Assembly: GCA_023230105.1 (NCBI GenBank)
Contig: JALNXY010000001.1
Location: forward strand, 76,395 to 140,394
Direction: 5' to 3'
Length of the DNA: 64,000 nt
Source: Verrucomicrobiota bacterium
Lineage (GTDB): Bacteria > Verrucomicrobiota > Verrucomicrobiia > Limisphaerales > UBA1412
Below the pieces are notes generated by a model that worked only from the letters and a program-made list of their open reading frames with translations, was not told the DNA's origin and did not search any database. Numbering within the stretch: the first letter of the stretch is position 1; each line of letters starts with the position of its first letter. Positions 43,194 through 57,737 of the stretch are shown here, piece after piece. The translations under genes were made by a program, and so were the position numbers.

Positions 43194-45911
43194 ATGCAAA
43201 AAAACGCAGCCAAAGAACTAACTTGGGATGAAATGATCGCCAATGCTGTTGCTTTCTCAAAAAAATGGGAGTCAGCGGCCAAAGAGAAAGCTCAATCTCA
43301 GTCTTTCCTCCGTGATTTTTTCGAGGTTTTCGGCGTCGATGCCCTGCAGGTCGGCGCTTTTGAACACGATGTACCCAAAGAGGTCGATGACGATGGATTC
43401 ATCGACTATTTTTGGAAGGGAAAAATTGCCATTGAGATGAAGAGCAGAGGCAAAAGTCTGAGCGCAGCTTATCGTCAACTTAAAGACTATGTTATCCAAT
43501 TGCCATCGGAAGAAATGCCTGACCTGATGATGGTTTGCGATTTTGAGACAGCTATTCTCTACCATCGAGGAAAAAACAAACGTAAGCAGTTTAAAATAAA
43601 AGAATTGCACAAAAATATCCGTCAGTTTTCCTCTATTGCCGGATATGAAACCACTCGAGAAATCGAAGAACAGGTCGAAGTCAACGTCAAGGCTGCCGAA
43701 AAGATGGCAAAACTTCATGACGCTCTCAAAGACCATGGCTATGAGGGACATGATCTGGAGGTCTACCTTGTACGTCTACTGTTCTGCCTCTTTGCGGATG
43801 ATACCGGCATTTTTCCAAAACAGATTTTCCTCAATTATCTGGAAAATTCTAGAGTGGATGGAAGCGATTTGTCAGACCGAATCAACCGCCTGTTTGAAAT
43901 TCTGGATCTGTCGGATGAGGCACGAAAAAAACGTACGCTGCTTTCTCACGATTTAAAACAGTTCCGATACATTAATGGCAGTCTCTTTAAGCAGCATCTG
44001 CCCACCGCAGATTTTGATGCAAAAATGCGGCAATCTCTGCTGGATTGCTGCCACTTTGATTGGAGCAAAATCTCCCCTGCCATCTTCGGCGCCATGTTCC
44101 AAGGAGTCATGGACAAAAAGAAACGCCGCGAGATGGGAGCTCATTATACCAGTGAAGAAAATATCTTAAAACTGATCAACCCCTTATTCATGGATGAGCT
44201 CTATGAAGAATTTGAACACGCAAAAGTTGATGTTAGACTCTTGGACCGCTTTCATGAAAAAATCAGCAACTTGAAATTCCTGGACCCCGCCTGCGGTTGC
44301 GGCAACTTTTTGATTGTCACCTATGGCAAACTCCGTGAGCTTGAATTGAAAGTGCTCGAAATGAAAATCGGCGGTAGCCAGCTACAACTCGATATTTCAT
44401 CTTTATTGAAAGTCAATGTCGGTCAATTTTACGGTATCGAATACGAAGATTTTCCATGCCAAATCGCTCAGGTGGGAATGTGGCTGATGGACCATCTGAT
44501 GAACACTCGCGTTGCCGAACGCTTCGGGATGTATTACGTCCGGTTACCACTGACGCAAAGCGCAAAAATTGTACGCAACAACGCCCTACGGATTGATTGG
44601 AATGGAGTTGTGCCAAAGCAGGAACTAAGCTACATCCTAGGTAATCCCCCGTTTGTTGGCTTCTCTTGTATGACACCCTCACAAAAAGCAGATCTAGCAC
44701 TGATATTTCCAAAAACAAAAAATCTTGATTATGTTACTGCATGGTATATGCGTTCATTGAATTATATTCACAACACAAATATTAAATGCGCTTTTGTATC
44801 TACAAATTCTATTTGTCAAGGAGAAGTTGTTCCTGTTTTATGGCCAAAACTGTTTGATAAAGGTCTCATAATTAATTTTGCTCGACGCACATTCGTATGG
44901 TCAAATGAAGCAAAAGGTAAAGCAGCTGTACATTGTATTATTATTGGTTTTTCATTAAACAAAAAAGATAAACAGATTATTTTTGAAAATAACAACTTAT
45001 ATTCAGCAAAAAATATAAATCCGTATTTATTAGATTCAAGTAATATAATTGTTTTTCCTAAAAGAAAACCATTTTATAATGTTCCAAAGATGGTTTATGG
45101 GAACAAACCTGCAGATGGAGGAAATTTAATAATCAAAGAAAAAGAATATTTTGATTTTATAACAAAAGAACCTAATTCTATAAAATATATTCACCGTTAT
45201 TATGGCGCGAAAGAATTTTTACATAAAAAAATTAGATATTGTCTATGGTTAAAGAATGCTAGTCCAAATGATTTAAAGAAATTACCTCTTGTTCTGGAAA
45301 GAATTGAAAAATGCAAGAAGAAACGAGAAAATAGTAAAGCAGCAGGTATTCGGAAATTTGGAAAAACACCAACCTTGTTTGCTCAGATAACACAGCCGGA
45401 TAATCAGCCTTACATAATTGTGCCAGCTCACAGTTCTTGTACTCGCAAATATATACCTCTTGGATTTGTGCAACCCGATATCATTTCAAGCAATGCCGTT
45501 TTTATTATTCCAAACGCGGAGCTCTATCACTTCGGTGTATTAATGTCAAGTGTGCATAATGCTTGGATGCGTGTGACATGTGGTAGAATAAAAAGCGACT
45601 ATCGCTATTCAAAAGAAATAGTATATAATGCTTTTCCATGGCCATCTCCAACCAGTGATCAAAAGAACTCTATTGAGAAAGCCGCACAAGGGGTATTGGA
45701 TGCGCGAGGAATATTCCCTGACAGTTCTCTTGCTGCGCTCTACGATCCATTGACAATGCCTCCGGAGTTGTTAAAGGCACACGAAAATCTTGATCGTGCC
45801 GTAATGAAGGCCTACGGTACAAACTGGAAAACTGAAGATGAGTGTGTTGCTGATTTGATGCAGAGATATCAGGCTCTTCTCGACAAACAACCCAAAAAAA
45901 AGGGCATCTAG
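43194..45911 (+). CDS. Type IIL (MmeI-family) bifunctional restriction endonuclease / N6-adenine DNA methyltransferase
   Basis: N-terminal nuclease motif GFIDYFWKGKIAIEMKSRGKSL (D...ExK), SAM motif FLDPACGCGNFL, catalytic ILGNPPFVG. ~905 aa single polypeptide as in MmeI. Confidence 0.8.
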   Translation: MQKNAAKELTWDEMIANAVAFSKKWESAAKEKAQSQSFLRDFFEVFGVDALQVGAFEHDVPKEVDDDGFIDYFWKGKIAIEMKSRGKSLSAAYRQLKDYVIQLPSEEMPDLMMVCDFETAILYHRGKNKRKQFKIKELHKNIRQFSSIAGYETTREIEEQVEVNVKAAEKMAKLHDALKDHGYEGHDLEVYLVRLLFCLFADDTGIFPKQIFLNYLENSRVDGSDLSDRINRLFEILDLSDEARKKRTLLSHDLKQFRYINGSLFKQHLPTADFDAKMRQSLLDCCHFDWSKISPAIFGAMFQGVMDKKKRREMGAHYTSEENILKLINPLFMDELYEEFEHAKVDVRLLDRFHEKISNLKFLDPACGCGNFLIVTYGKLRELELKVLEMKIGGSQLQLDISSLLKVNVGQFYGIEYEDFPCQIAQVGMWLMDHLMNTRVAERFGMYYVRLPLTQSAKIVRNNALRIDWNGVVPKQELSYILGNPPFVGFSCMTPSQKADLALIFPKTKNLDYVTAWYMRSLNYIHNTNIKCAFVSTNSICQGEVVPVLWPKLFDKGLIINFARRTFVWSNEAKGKAAVHCIIIGFSLNKKDKQIIFENNNLYSAKNINPYLLDSSNIIVFPKRKPFYNVPKMVYGNKPADGGNLIIKEKEYFDFITKEPNSIKYIHRYYGAKEFLHKKIRYCLWLKNASPNDLKKLPLVLERIEKCKKKRENSKAAGIRKFGKTPTLFAQITQPDNQPYIIVPAHSSCTRKYIPLGFVQPDIISSNAVFIIPNAELYHFGVLMSSVHNAWMRVTCGRIKSDYRYSKEIVYNAFPWPSPTSDQKNSIEKAAQGVLDARGIFPDSSLAALYDPLTMPPELLKAHENLDRAVMKAYGTNWKTEDECVADLMQRYQALLDKQPKKKGI

Positions 45912-46089
45912 GGAAACTCTGCATATTGTTTCATATGCCTCGCTTTGCACTGGAAGCAAGCTCTGCAACGCTATGGGGTAGTGCATTATTTCGTGGCAAC
46001 CGGATGCCTTCCTTCTTGTTTCAGGGGCGGTTCTGCTTTATTGTGTTGCAAGGGACACGTTATACCCACGGATAGCATCTGGCAATAAA

Positions 46090-47529
<1,440 letters not shown>

Positions 47530-47547
47530 ACTCTACCTATTTACAGA

Positions 47548-48252
47548 ATGCAAACCGATCCTCCAAACCGGGAAAACCGGGTTCACGCCGAAACGACAGA
47601 CGGCACCCCCGCGGCAAAGGGACGCTTCATCGTCTTTGAAGGAATCGAGGCCTGCGGCAAAACGACTCAAATCGAACTTCTGGCGGAGCGCTTCCGTGCA
47701 CGGGGTCAGGATCCGCTCATCCTGCGCGAGCCCGGCGGAACGGAAATCGGCGAGAAAATCCGCAACCTCTTGAAAGACTCCAGCTATCTGGGGCAAATGA
47801 GCCCGGAGGCGGAACTTCTTCTCATGAACGCCTCGCGCGCCCAGCTCGTCCGGGAGGTCATCCGTCCGGCTCTGGACAAGGGCCGCATCGTTATTTGTGA
47901 CCGCTATTTCTACAGCACGATCGCCTATCAGGGTTTTGGCCGCTCGCTGCCCTGGGATGCGCTCAATGCCGTCAACCGCTTTGCCGTCGGTGGATTGGAT
48001 GCCGACTTTGTCATTTTCCTGGATATTCCCCTGGAGGAAAGCTGGGAGCGTCTTTGCCGCCGCAACGAGGAGCTTTTCCGGACTCTGGGAATCCAGATCA
48101 GTGATCGCTTTGAGGAATCCGGCTGGCTTTTTCACGAGCGTGTTTATAAGGGCTTTCAATCCCTGGCGGAGGAGAGCCCCGTCTTCTGGAGAATCAATGG
48201 CGCACAATCCCGCGAGAAAGTTGCCGAAGAAATCTGGAATATTTTGAAATGA
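47548..48252 (+). CDS. tmk: thymidylate kinase
   Basis: FIVFEGIEACGKTTQ P-loop, DRYFYSTIAYQG, about 30-aa N-terminal extension. Confidence 0.9.
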   Translation: MQTDPPNRENRVHAETTDGTPAAKGRFIVFEGIEACGKTTQIELLAERFRARGQDPLILREPGGTEIGEKIRNLLKDSSYLGQMSPEAELLLMNASRAQLVREVIRPALDKGRIVICDRYFYSTIAYQGFGRSLPWDALNAVNRFAVGGLDADFVIFLDIPLEESWERLCRRNEELFRTLGIQISDRFEESGWLFHERVYKGFQSLAEESPVFWRINGAQSREKVAEEIWNILK

Positions 48253-49193
48253 GCATCTCTCCCATCAACGCCTCCACGCGCTACTGCGGGCTCTTCGGCT
48301 GCCCGGTCCGGCATTCGGCCTCCCCGGCCTTCCAGAATGCGGGCATTGCGGCCATGGGTTTAAACTGGCGCTATCTGGCGCTGGAAGTTTTGCCCGAGAA
48401 CCTGCCTCAGGCCATTGAAGGTGCCAAAGCGATGGGCTTCGTGGGTCTCAACCTGACGGTCCCGCACAAAGAGCAGGCGTTCCGGCTGGCTAATGAAGTA
48501 GAGGATTCGGCCCGGATATTGGGCTCGGTCAATACGCTGAAATTTGAAGGGCTCACCCCGGAAGGCCTCTGGCTGCCGGTGCGCGACTGGGGTCGTGAGA
48601 CTCCGCGGCAAATTCGCTCCATCGGTTACAATACCGATGCTGAGGCGATTATCCGCGCTCTGAAGGAAGACCTCGGGTTCAAACCGGCCGGCAAAAGAAT
48701 TCTCATTCTGGGAACCGGCGGCGCGGGCCGTGTGGCTGCGCTGCGTCTGGCCGCTGAATCCGCCGCTGAGCTTTATCTGGTCAACCGGACTCTCTCAAAA
48801 GCGCAATCGCTCAGCCGGGAGATTGAGAGCCATTTCCCAGACGTCCGGGTTCATATCGGTTACCCGCCGGAGACTCAACCGGTGGATCTGATTCTGAACT
48901 CCACCTCGCTGGGCCTCAAGGAATCCGACCCTCTGCCGTGGGACGGCCAACAGTTTTGCCTGAAGCGCTCGGCTCTGGCGTTTGACATGATCTATCGGCC
49001 TGCCTGCACACCTTTCCTCCAAGCCGCCAAAGACGCCGGCTGCCGGGTTGCCAACGGCCTCAGTATGCTCCTCTATCAGGGCGTCACTTCGCTGAAGCTC
49101 TGGTCCGGAGCCGAACCCCCTGTTGAAACGATGAGAGCTGCACTCAAGGGACATATTTATTCACCTTCCGGACCCGATTCACCCCATGCCTGA
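48249..49193 (+). CDS. aroE: shikimate dehydrogenase
   Basis: SPAFQNA..., GLNLTVPHK, GTGGAGRVAA. ATGA overlap with tmk. Confidence 0.9.
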   Translation: MSISPINASTRYCGLFGCPVRHSASPAFQNAGIAAMGLNWRYLALEVLPENLPQAIEGAKAMGFVGLNLTVPHKEQAFRLANEVEDSARILGSVNTLKFEGLTPEGLWLPVRDWGRETPRQIRSIGYNTDAEAIIRALKEDLGFKPAGKRILILGTGGAGRVAALRLAAESAAELYLVNRTLSKAQSLSREIESHFPDVRVHIGYPPETQPVDLILNSTSLGLKESDPLPWDGQQFCLKRSALAFDMIYRPACTPFLQAAKDAGCRVANGLSMLLYQGVTSLKLWSGAEPPVETMRAALKGHIYSPSGPDSPHA

Positions 49194-50385
49194 TACTGAA
49201 TACTTTGACGCTATTCCCTTCCATTTCTGGACGGTTACCTTTTTTATTTTCGGCTGCATCGTAGGCAGCTTTCTTAATGTCTGCATCTATCGGTTGCCCC
49301 GCGGAGAGAATATCATTTTCCCGCCTTCTCACTGCCCGCACTGCAATTACCATATCCCCTGGTATCTCAATATTCCCCTTTTCACCTGGGTGTTCCTGAG
49401 AGGCCGCTGTGCCCATTGCCGGGCGCCAATTACGGTCCGCTATTTCATCGTAGAGCTCTTGACCGGTTCGCTCTTTGCCCTCTCCTGGCTCTGCGTGGGC
49501 AACAGCAGTCTGACGCTGGCGCTCATATATTGCCTGGTCATCGGCGCACTCATCGTCTCCTCGTTCATAGACCTGGAGCATTTCGTCATTCCCGATTCCA
49601 TTACTCTGGGCGGAATCGGAGTTGGTTTCGTCCTCTCCTTCTTTTTCCCGCAGATACACTGGACCGATTCGCTCAAGCTCTCCATGCAGGAGAGCTTCCT
49701 GGGCATACTGGTCGGCGGAGGAATCCTCTACGCCATCAGCCGCCTGGGCAAACTCGCCTTTGGACGCTACCGCTACAAGATTAAAGCCGATGAGAAAATC
49801 ATTCTCTCCGAAGAGGCGCTGGAAACCCCTTCGGAAAAAATCCCCTACTCCGAAATCTTTTATCGTCCCACTGACAGAATCATTATCCAGGCCGCCTCGG
49901 TGGAGCTCACTCTGATAAACGCACCCCAGCCGCAGGAACCTGCCGATACAGAGGCAACGGAGCCGACTTCCCCGGCATCGCCCTCTTATCAATGGGAAAG
50001 CGCGCGGATCGAGCTCTCTCCCACTCAGCTCAAGGTAGATTCCCAAACATGGGACCCGAGCGAAGTGCGAAAAGTGGAGCTGAACGCCCACAAACTGACG
50101 CTGCCGCGCGAAGTGATGGGTCTGGGCGACGTCAAATTCATGGCTGCAATCGGCGCTTTTTTTGGCTGGAAGGCGGTTATCTTTATTCTCTTTGCCAGCT
50201 CGCTTCTGGGCTCGCTCGTCGGGCTTACCCTGGTAGCGCTGCGCAAGCATGAGCTCTCGGCACGGATTCCCTACGGGCCCTATCTGGCTTTGGGAACGCT
50301 CCTCTGGATGATGGGCGGCTACTACTGGTATCCCTCGCTTTTCGAGCTGGTAAACCAAATCCTGAGCCCCTTTTTCCAAAGCTGA
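49186..50385 (+). CDS. pilD: prepilin peptidase / N-methyltransferase (A24 family) with ~120-aa insertion
   Basis: CPHC...CAHC Cys4 box. First Asp block SSFIDLEHFVIPD. Second Asp block GLGDVKFMAAIGAFFGW. Confidence 0.85.
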   Translation: MPDTEYFDAIPFHFWTVTFFIFGCIVGSFLNVCIYRLPRGENIIFPPSHCPHCNYHIPWYLNIPLFTWVFLRGRCAHCRAPITVRYFIVELLTGSLFALSWLCVGNSSLTLALIYCLVIGALIVSSFIDLEHFVIPDSITLGGIGVGFVLSFFFPQIHWTDSLKLSMQESFLGILVGGGILYAISRLGKLAFGRYRYKIKADEKIILSEEALETPSEKIPYSEIFYRPTDRIIIQAASVELTLINAPQPQEPADTEATEPTSPASPSYQWESARIELSPTQLKVDSQTWDPSEVRKVELNAHKLTLPREVMGLGDVKFMAAIGAFFGWKAVIFILFASSLLGSLVGLTLVALRKHELSARIPYGPYLALGTLLWMMGGYYWYPSLFELVNQILSPFFQS

Positions 50386-50394
50386 TAAAGATAC

Positions 50395-54107
<3,713 letters not shown>

Positions 54108-54137
54108 CGGCCCGGCATGGCCCTCGCGGCAGGCGCG

Positions 54138-54905
54138 CTAATAGCTCACTCCGTCACTTATCTTCTGGATGAGGCGCGGTTCTTCATCAGCCGTGACAGC
54201 GCCCTCGCGGGTCACCTTTACTTCTTTCTCAAAAAACCCGTCCACCTGAATAATCGAATAGACAATGAGCTGAGCCTTGAAATCGACACCGCTGCGGGTG
54301 ACCGTGCTCAAACGAGGCGGCGGACGCTTGGCCTTCCGCAAACCCTTCTCCGTTTCGGAGGTGACCACGCAGACGACCGGGCTCACGAAAAGATTCTCAT
54401 ATTCCGCCAGATAGTTGAGCGCCTCCTCTTCGTCTCTCAAATCCCCGAAAATCGTTTCAAAATTTTTCGGTGTCAGGAGGTAGTAATCTTTTGAAACTTT
54501 AGCCAGATAGAAGGGGCCCAGACCGGCCAGGTCCAGAGGCAAATTTTTCTGAGCCTCGGCCTTCAAAGAAACCTTATAGAAATTGTTGATTTTCACGCGC
54601 GGAAGCAAGTTCTTGAACTTGTGTTTCTTCATCTCGAACTGCCCCTTGAGATAGACAATAGTCCCCTGGTTGGGAACCTCATCCATATCTTCACGCGCTT
54701 CGACCATCAGGAGATTGAGCATCATGGGGCTCTCCTGGTGATCCTCCGGCACTTTGGCTTCCAGCTTCACCGTGGAAGGGTCCGCCAATTCTTTTTTAGC
54801 TTTCCTGGCGGAAGCCGCCTCGGACGCAAAAGAAAATCCGAAAATGAAAACGAAGCTGAGCAGGAGGCCCAGACCCGTTTTTCCCATAATAGTCCTCTGT
54901 TTCAT
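54138..54905 (-). CDS. secreted hypothetical protein (255 aa)
   Basis: Signal peptide LLLSFVFIFGFSFASEA. No recognisable motif. Confidence 0.6.
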   Translation of the reverse strand: MKQRTIMGKTGLGLLLSFVFIFGFSFASEAASARKAKKELADPSTVKLEAKVPEDHQESPMMLNLLMVEAREDMDEVPNQGTIVYLKGQFEMKKHKFKNLLPRVKINNFYKVSLKAEAQKNLPLDLAGLGPFYLAKVSKDYYLLTPKNFETIFGDLRDEEEALNYLAEYENLFVSPVVCVVTSETEKGLRKAKRPPPRLSTVTRSGVDFKAQLIVYSIIQVDGFFEKEVKVTREGAVTADEEPRLIQKISDGVSY

Positions 54906-54924
54906 ACTCTCGTCTCTGCGCTCT

Positions 54925-55782
54925 TCAGCGCTCAGATTCCACCTCTTTGAGCTCCTGGCTGCGGTCCCGGCTTAAATCCGCCTCAGCGAATCCGGCTGAG
55001 TCCTTGGGCAAAATCAGGTGAAAATCATGCACCTGCTGAACCTCGATCTTACCCGTCTCGAACTCCATCGCCAGAATATGGCCGCCGGTTTTGCGGTCCG
55101 CCGAGAGGAAATGCAGGTGATACCCCGGCACATTGATCCCTTTCAAGTACTCCGGCAGCCGGAATCCTATCACGTCGCCCTCCACTTTGCCCAACTCAAA
55201 TTCTGGCTGATTGCGCGTGACCTCCACCAGGGGCGGATAAGGCGCATTCTGAGCAGGAACAGAACGGGTTTTCATGTTGGAGAATTTCCCCCGGATATGC
55301 ACGGCAACCGGGATATTTTTCTGGGGACAGAGCTCATCCACATAGTCGCTCAAACCCTGATAATCCAACGGACCGTCGAAACGGGTCTTAATATTCGGCT
55401 CGAAAAACAGAACCGATGCGAAAGGCGTCGTCATGGCATCCGACGGACGGTAGACCCGGCCATCTGCGCACACCTGGTAGACATCCCCGGAGAGCATCAC
55501 CATTTCGCCATCAAGCCGATTGAAAGTGCCGATGCCGAAATCGCCATTCTTCTTGAGCTCCCCGAAACTCGTCACTCCGTCATAGACACCTGCCAGAAGC
55601 GAATCAATCGTCGCTACCTGCATCAGCCCCTGCGGACGGGTTTCTTCAAACGACACGGCCTCGAAGTCTGCCTGCTCCGAGTCGTGCAGCGTTATCGAAA
55701 TACACCCGCTCAGGAGAGAGCTTCCCAGCAAGAGAGCCATCAGCCGAAGGGGATATCCTGTTTTCTTAATATAATTCATCAT
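54925..55782 (-). CDS. budA: alpha-acetolactate decarboxylase (lipoprotein form)
   Basis: NGDFGIGTFNRLDGEMVMLSGDVYQ and GYHLHFLS blocks typical of AlsD/BudA. Lipobox LLSGCIS from ATG 55782. Confidence 0.8.
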   Translation of the reverse strand: MMNYIKKTGYPLRLMALLLGSSLLSGCISITLHDSEQADFEAVSFEETRPQGLMQVATIDSLLAGVYDGVTSFGELKKNGDFGIGTFNRLDGEMVMLSGDVYQVCADGRVYRPSDAMTTPFASVLFFEPNIKTRFDGPLDYQGLSDYVDELCPQKNIPVAVHIRGKFSNMKTRSVPAQNAPYPPLVEVTRNQPEFELGKVEGDVIGFRLPEYLKGINVPGYHLHFLSADRKTGGHILAMEFETGKIEVQQVHDFHLILPKDSAGFAEADLSRDRSQELKEVESER

Positions 55783-55862
55783 ATCACTCCCATAAAAAAT
55801 AAAGACGCCCCAAGAGCTTTTCTTCTCAGCTCTCAAAGCGTCCTTACCAAAAGAAATACGGC

Positions 55863-56189
55863 TTAGCGCCCGGCTTCTTCGATCGCTTTAGTGATGTCAG
55901 CCTCGGACTTGAGACCCATGAGTTGTTTAACCGGCTGACCATCTTTGAAGATGAACATCGCAGGAATACTGGTTACCTGAAATTGGGCCGCCAGCTCCTG
56001 GTTTTCGTCCACGTTTACCTTGGCGATCACCGCCTTATCCTTCAGCGCCGCAGCAACCCTGGCTAAAACCGGGCCCAGCATCTTGCAGGGTCCGCACCAA
56101 GGCGCCCAAAAATCCACCAGTACCACACCTTTTTGAGAAGTGGTCGAGTTAAAATTCTCACTTGTTAAATCAATGATTCCGTCTGCCAT
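55863..56189 (-). CDS. trxA: thioredoxin
   Basis: FWAPWCGPCK active site. 108 aa from ATG 56189. Confidence 0.9.
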   Translation of the reverse strand: MADGIIDLTSENFNSTTSQKGVVLVDFWAPWCGPCKMLGPVLARVAAALKDKAVIAKVNVDENQELAAQFQVTSIPAMFIFKDGQPVKQLMGLKSEADITKAIEEAGR

Positions 56190-56304
56190 AATTTTTATTT
56201 TCAGTTGATAAGCGATACTCTTCCAAAAAATGCCGCGCAACAAACAAGTGCACGGCACTCCTCTATAAGCTACACCTGAACGGGAAATTTTTCAACTTTT
56301 CCGG

Positions 56305-57714
56305 TCACTTTTTCAGATAGTCAGAAATCTCCGATGCAGCGCGCTTGCCGTCACCCATGGCCAAAATCACCGTCGCGGCTCCGCGCACGATATCCCCACC
56401 GGCGAAAACGCCCGGAATAGTCGTCATGCCCTTTTCATCGACCAAAATATTGCCATATTTATTGAGCTTCATCTCCGGACAAGTAGCTGTCAGGAGCGGA
56501 TTGGCGCGGGTGCCGATGGCCACCACGACCACGTCGCAATCAAGGACGAACTCCGAACCCGCCACAGGAACCGGACGACGACGCCCGGAGGCATCAGGCT
56601 CACCCAACTCCATTCTCTGGCATTTCAGCCCGGTCACCCAATGGTTTTCATCACCGACTACTTCCAAGGGAGCGGTCAGCATTTCAAAGCGGATTCCTTC
56701 GGCCTCGGCATGGTGAACTTCCTCAACGCGGGCAGGCATCTCCACCTTGCTGCGCCGATAGACGATGATCGCTTCTTCAGCACCCAGGCGCTTGGCCGTA
56801 CGCACGGCATCCATCGCCACGTTGCCGCCGCCCACGACGCAAACCCGTTTGCCTTTGATGACCGGCGTATCCGACCCCATCGGGAATTGATAGGCTTTCA
56901 TCAGGTTCACGCGCGTCAGGTATTCATTGGCTGAATAGACACCCTTCAAATTCTCACCCGGGACGTTCATGAAGACCGGCAGACCGGCTCCGTTGGCGAT
57001 AAAAATCGCATCAAACTGCTCCCGCAATTCGTCAATCGTCCAGGTGCGGCCCACGACCACATTGGTCTCGATCTTCACACCGGCGCGAACGAGGCGGTCC
57101 ACCTCCGATTGCACGATTTTCTTGGGCAGGCGAAACTCCGGAATTCCATAAACCAGCACGCCGCCGGTTTTCTGCAGCGCTTCATACACCGTCACGTCGT
57201 GGCCCTTGCGGACCAATTCCCCGGCAGCCGTGAGGCCTGCAGGACCGGCACCGATCACGGCCACTTTCTTGCCCGTCGCCGGAGCCTTGGCCATATCGGT
57301 ATTCATGTTGGCCCGGGCCCAATCGGCCACAAACCGCTCCAGGTAACCGATCGCGACCGGTTTGCCTTTCTTGCCGCGGATGCAGACGCATTCGCACTGG
57401 GTTTCCTGAGGGCAAACGCGACCGGTCACCGCCGGCAATGCGTTATCCGAGGCCAGGGAGAGAGCCGCATCTTCCATCTTGCCTTCCATCACGAAACCGA
57501 TGAAACGGGGAATATTCACATTCACCGGGCAGCCCTCCACACAGGTGGGTTTCTTGCATTCAAGGCAGCGTTGGGCCTCTTTCAGAGCGATTTCCATGCT
57601 CAAGCCCAGATTCACCTCGCCAAAATTTCCGGCTCGTTCCAGGGGGGCCTGTTCATCCATCACGCAGCGCTCAATAGCCATGCGCTCCTTCACTGAAGGT
57701 TTGGGTATGCTCAT
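56305..57714 (-). CDS. nfnB: NADPH-dependent glutamate-synthase-small-subunit-like oxidoreductase (NfnB/SudA-type)
   Basis: N-terminal Fe-S Cys clusters (CLECKKPTCVEGCP), two Rossmann motifs (VAVIGAGPAGL, VCVVGGGNVAMD). Paired with an NfnA-like gene. Confidence 0.8.
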   Translation of the reverse strand: MSIPKPSVKERMAIERCVMDEQAPLERAGNFGEVNLGLSMEIALKEAQRCLECKKPTCVEGCPVNVNIPRFIGFVMEGKMEDAALSLASDNALPAVTGRVCPQETQCECVCIRGKKGKPVAIGYLERFVADWARANMNTDMAKAPATGKKVAVIGAGPAGLTAAGELVRKGHDVTVYEALQKTGGVLVYGIPEFRLPKKIVQSEVDRLVRAGVKIETNVVVGRTWTIDELREQFDAIFIANGAGLPVFMNVPGENLKGVYSANEYLTRVNLMKAYQFPMGSDTPVIKGKRVCVVGGGNVAMDAVRTAKRLGAEEAIIVYRRSKVEMPARVEEVHHAEAEGIRFEMLTAPLEVVGDENHWVTGLKCQRMELGEPDASGRRRPVPVAGSEFVLDCDVVVVAIGTRANPLLTATCPEMKLNKYGNILVDEKGMTTIPGVFAGGDIVRGAATVILAMGDGKRAASEISDYLKK

Positions 57715-57737
57715 ATAAAAATCTAAATTATTGGGGG

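Noticed and set aside
47533-48207. 224-aa ORF antisense to tmk
   Set aside because: tmk on the + strand has the P-loop and is translationally coupled to aroE. The antisense ORF is a shadow.
49144-50379. 411-aa ORF antisense to the prepilin peptidase
   Set aside because: The + strand frame carries the unambiguous A24 peptidase motifs. The - strand ORF is a typical GC-rich shadow ORF with Arg/Gly/Ala-rich, low-complexity translation.
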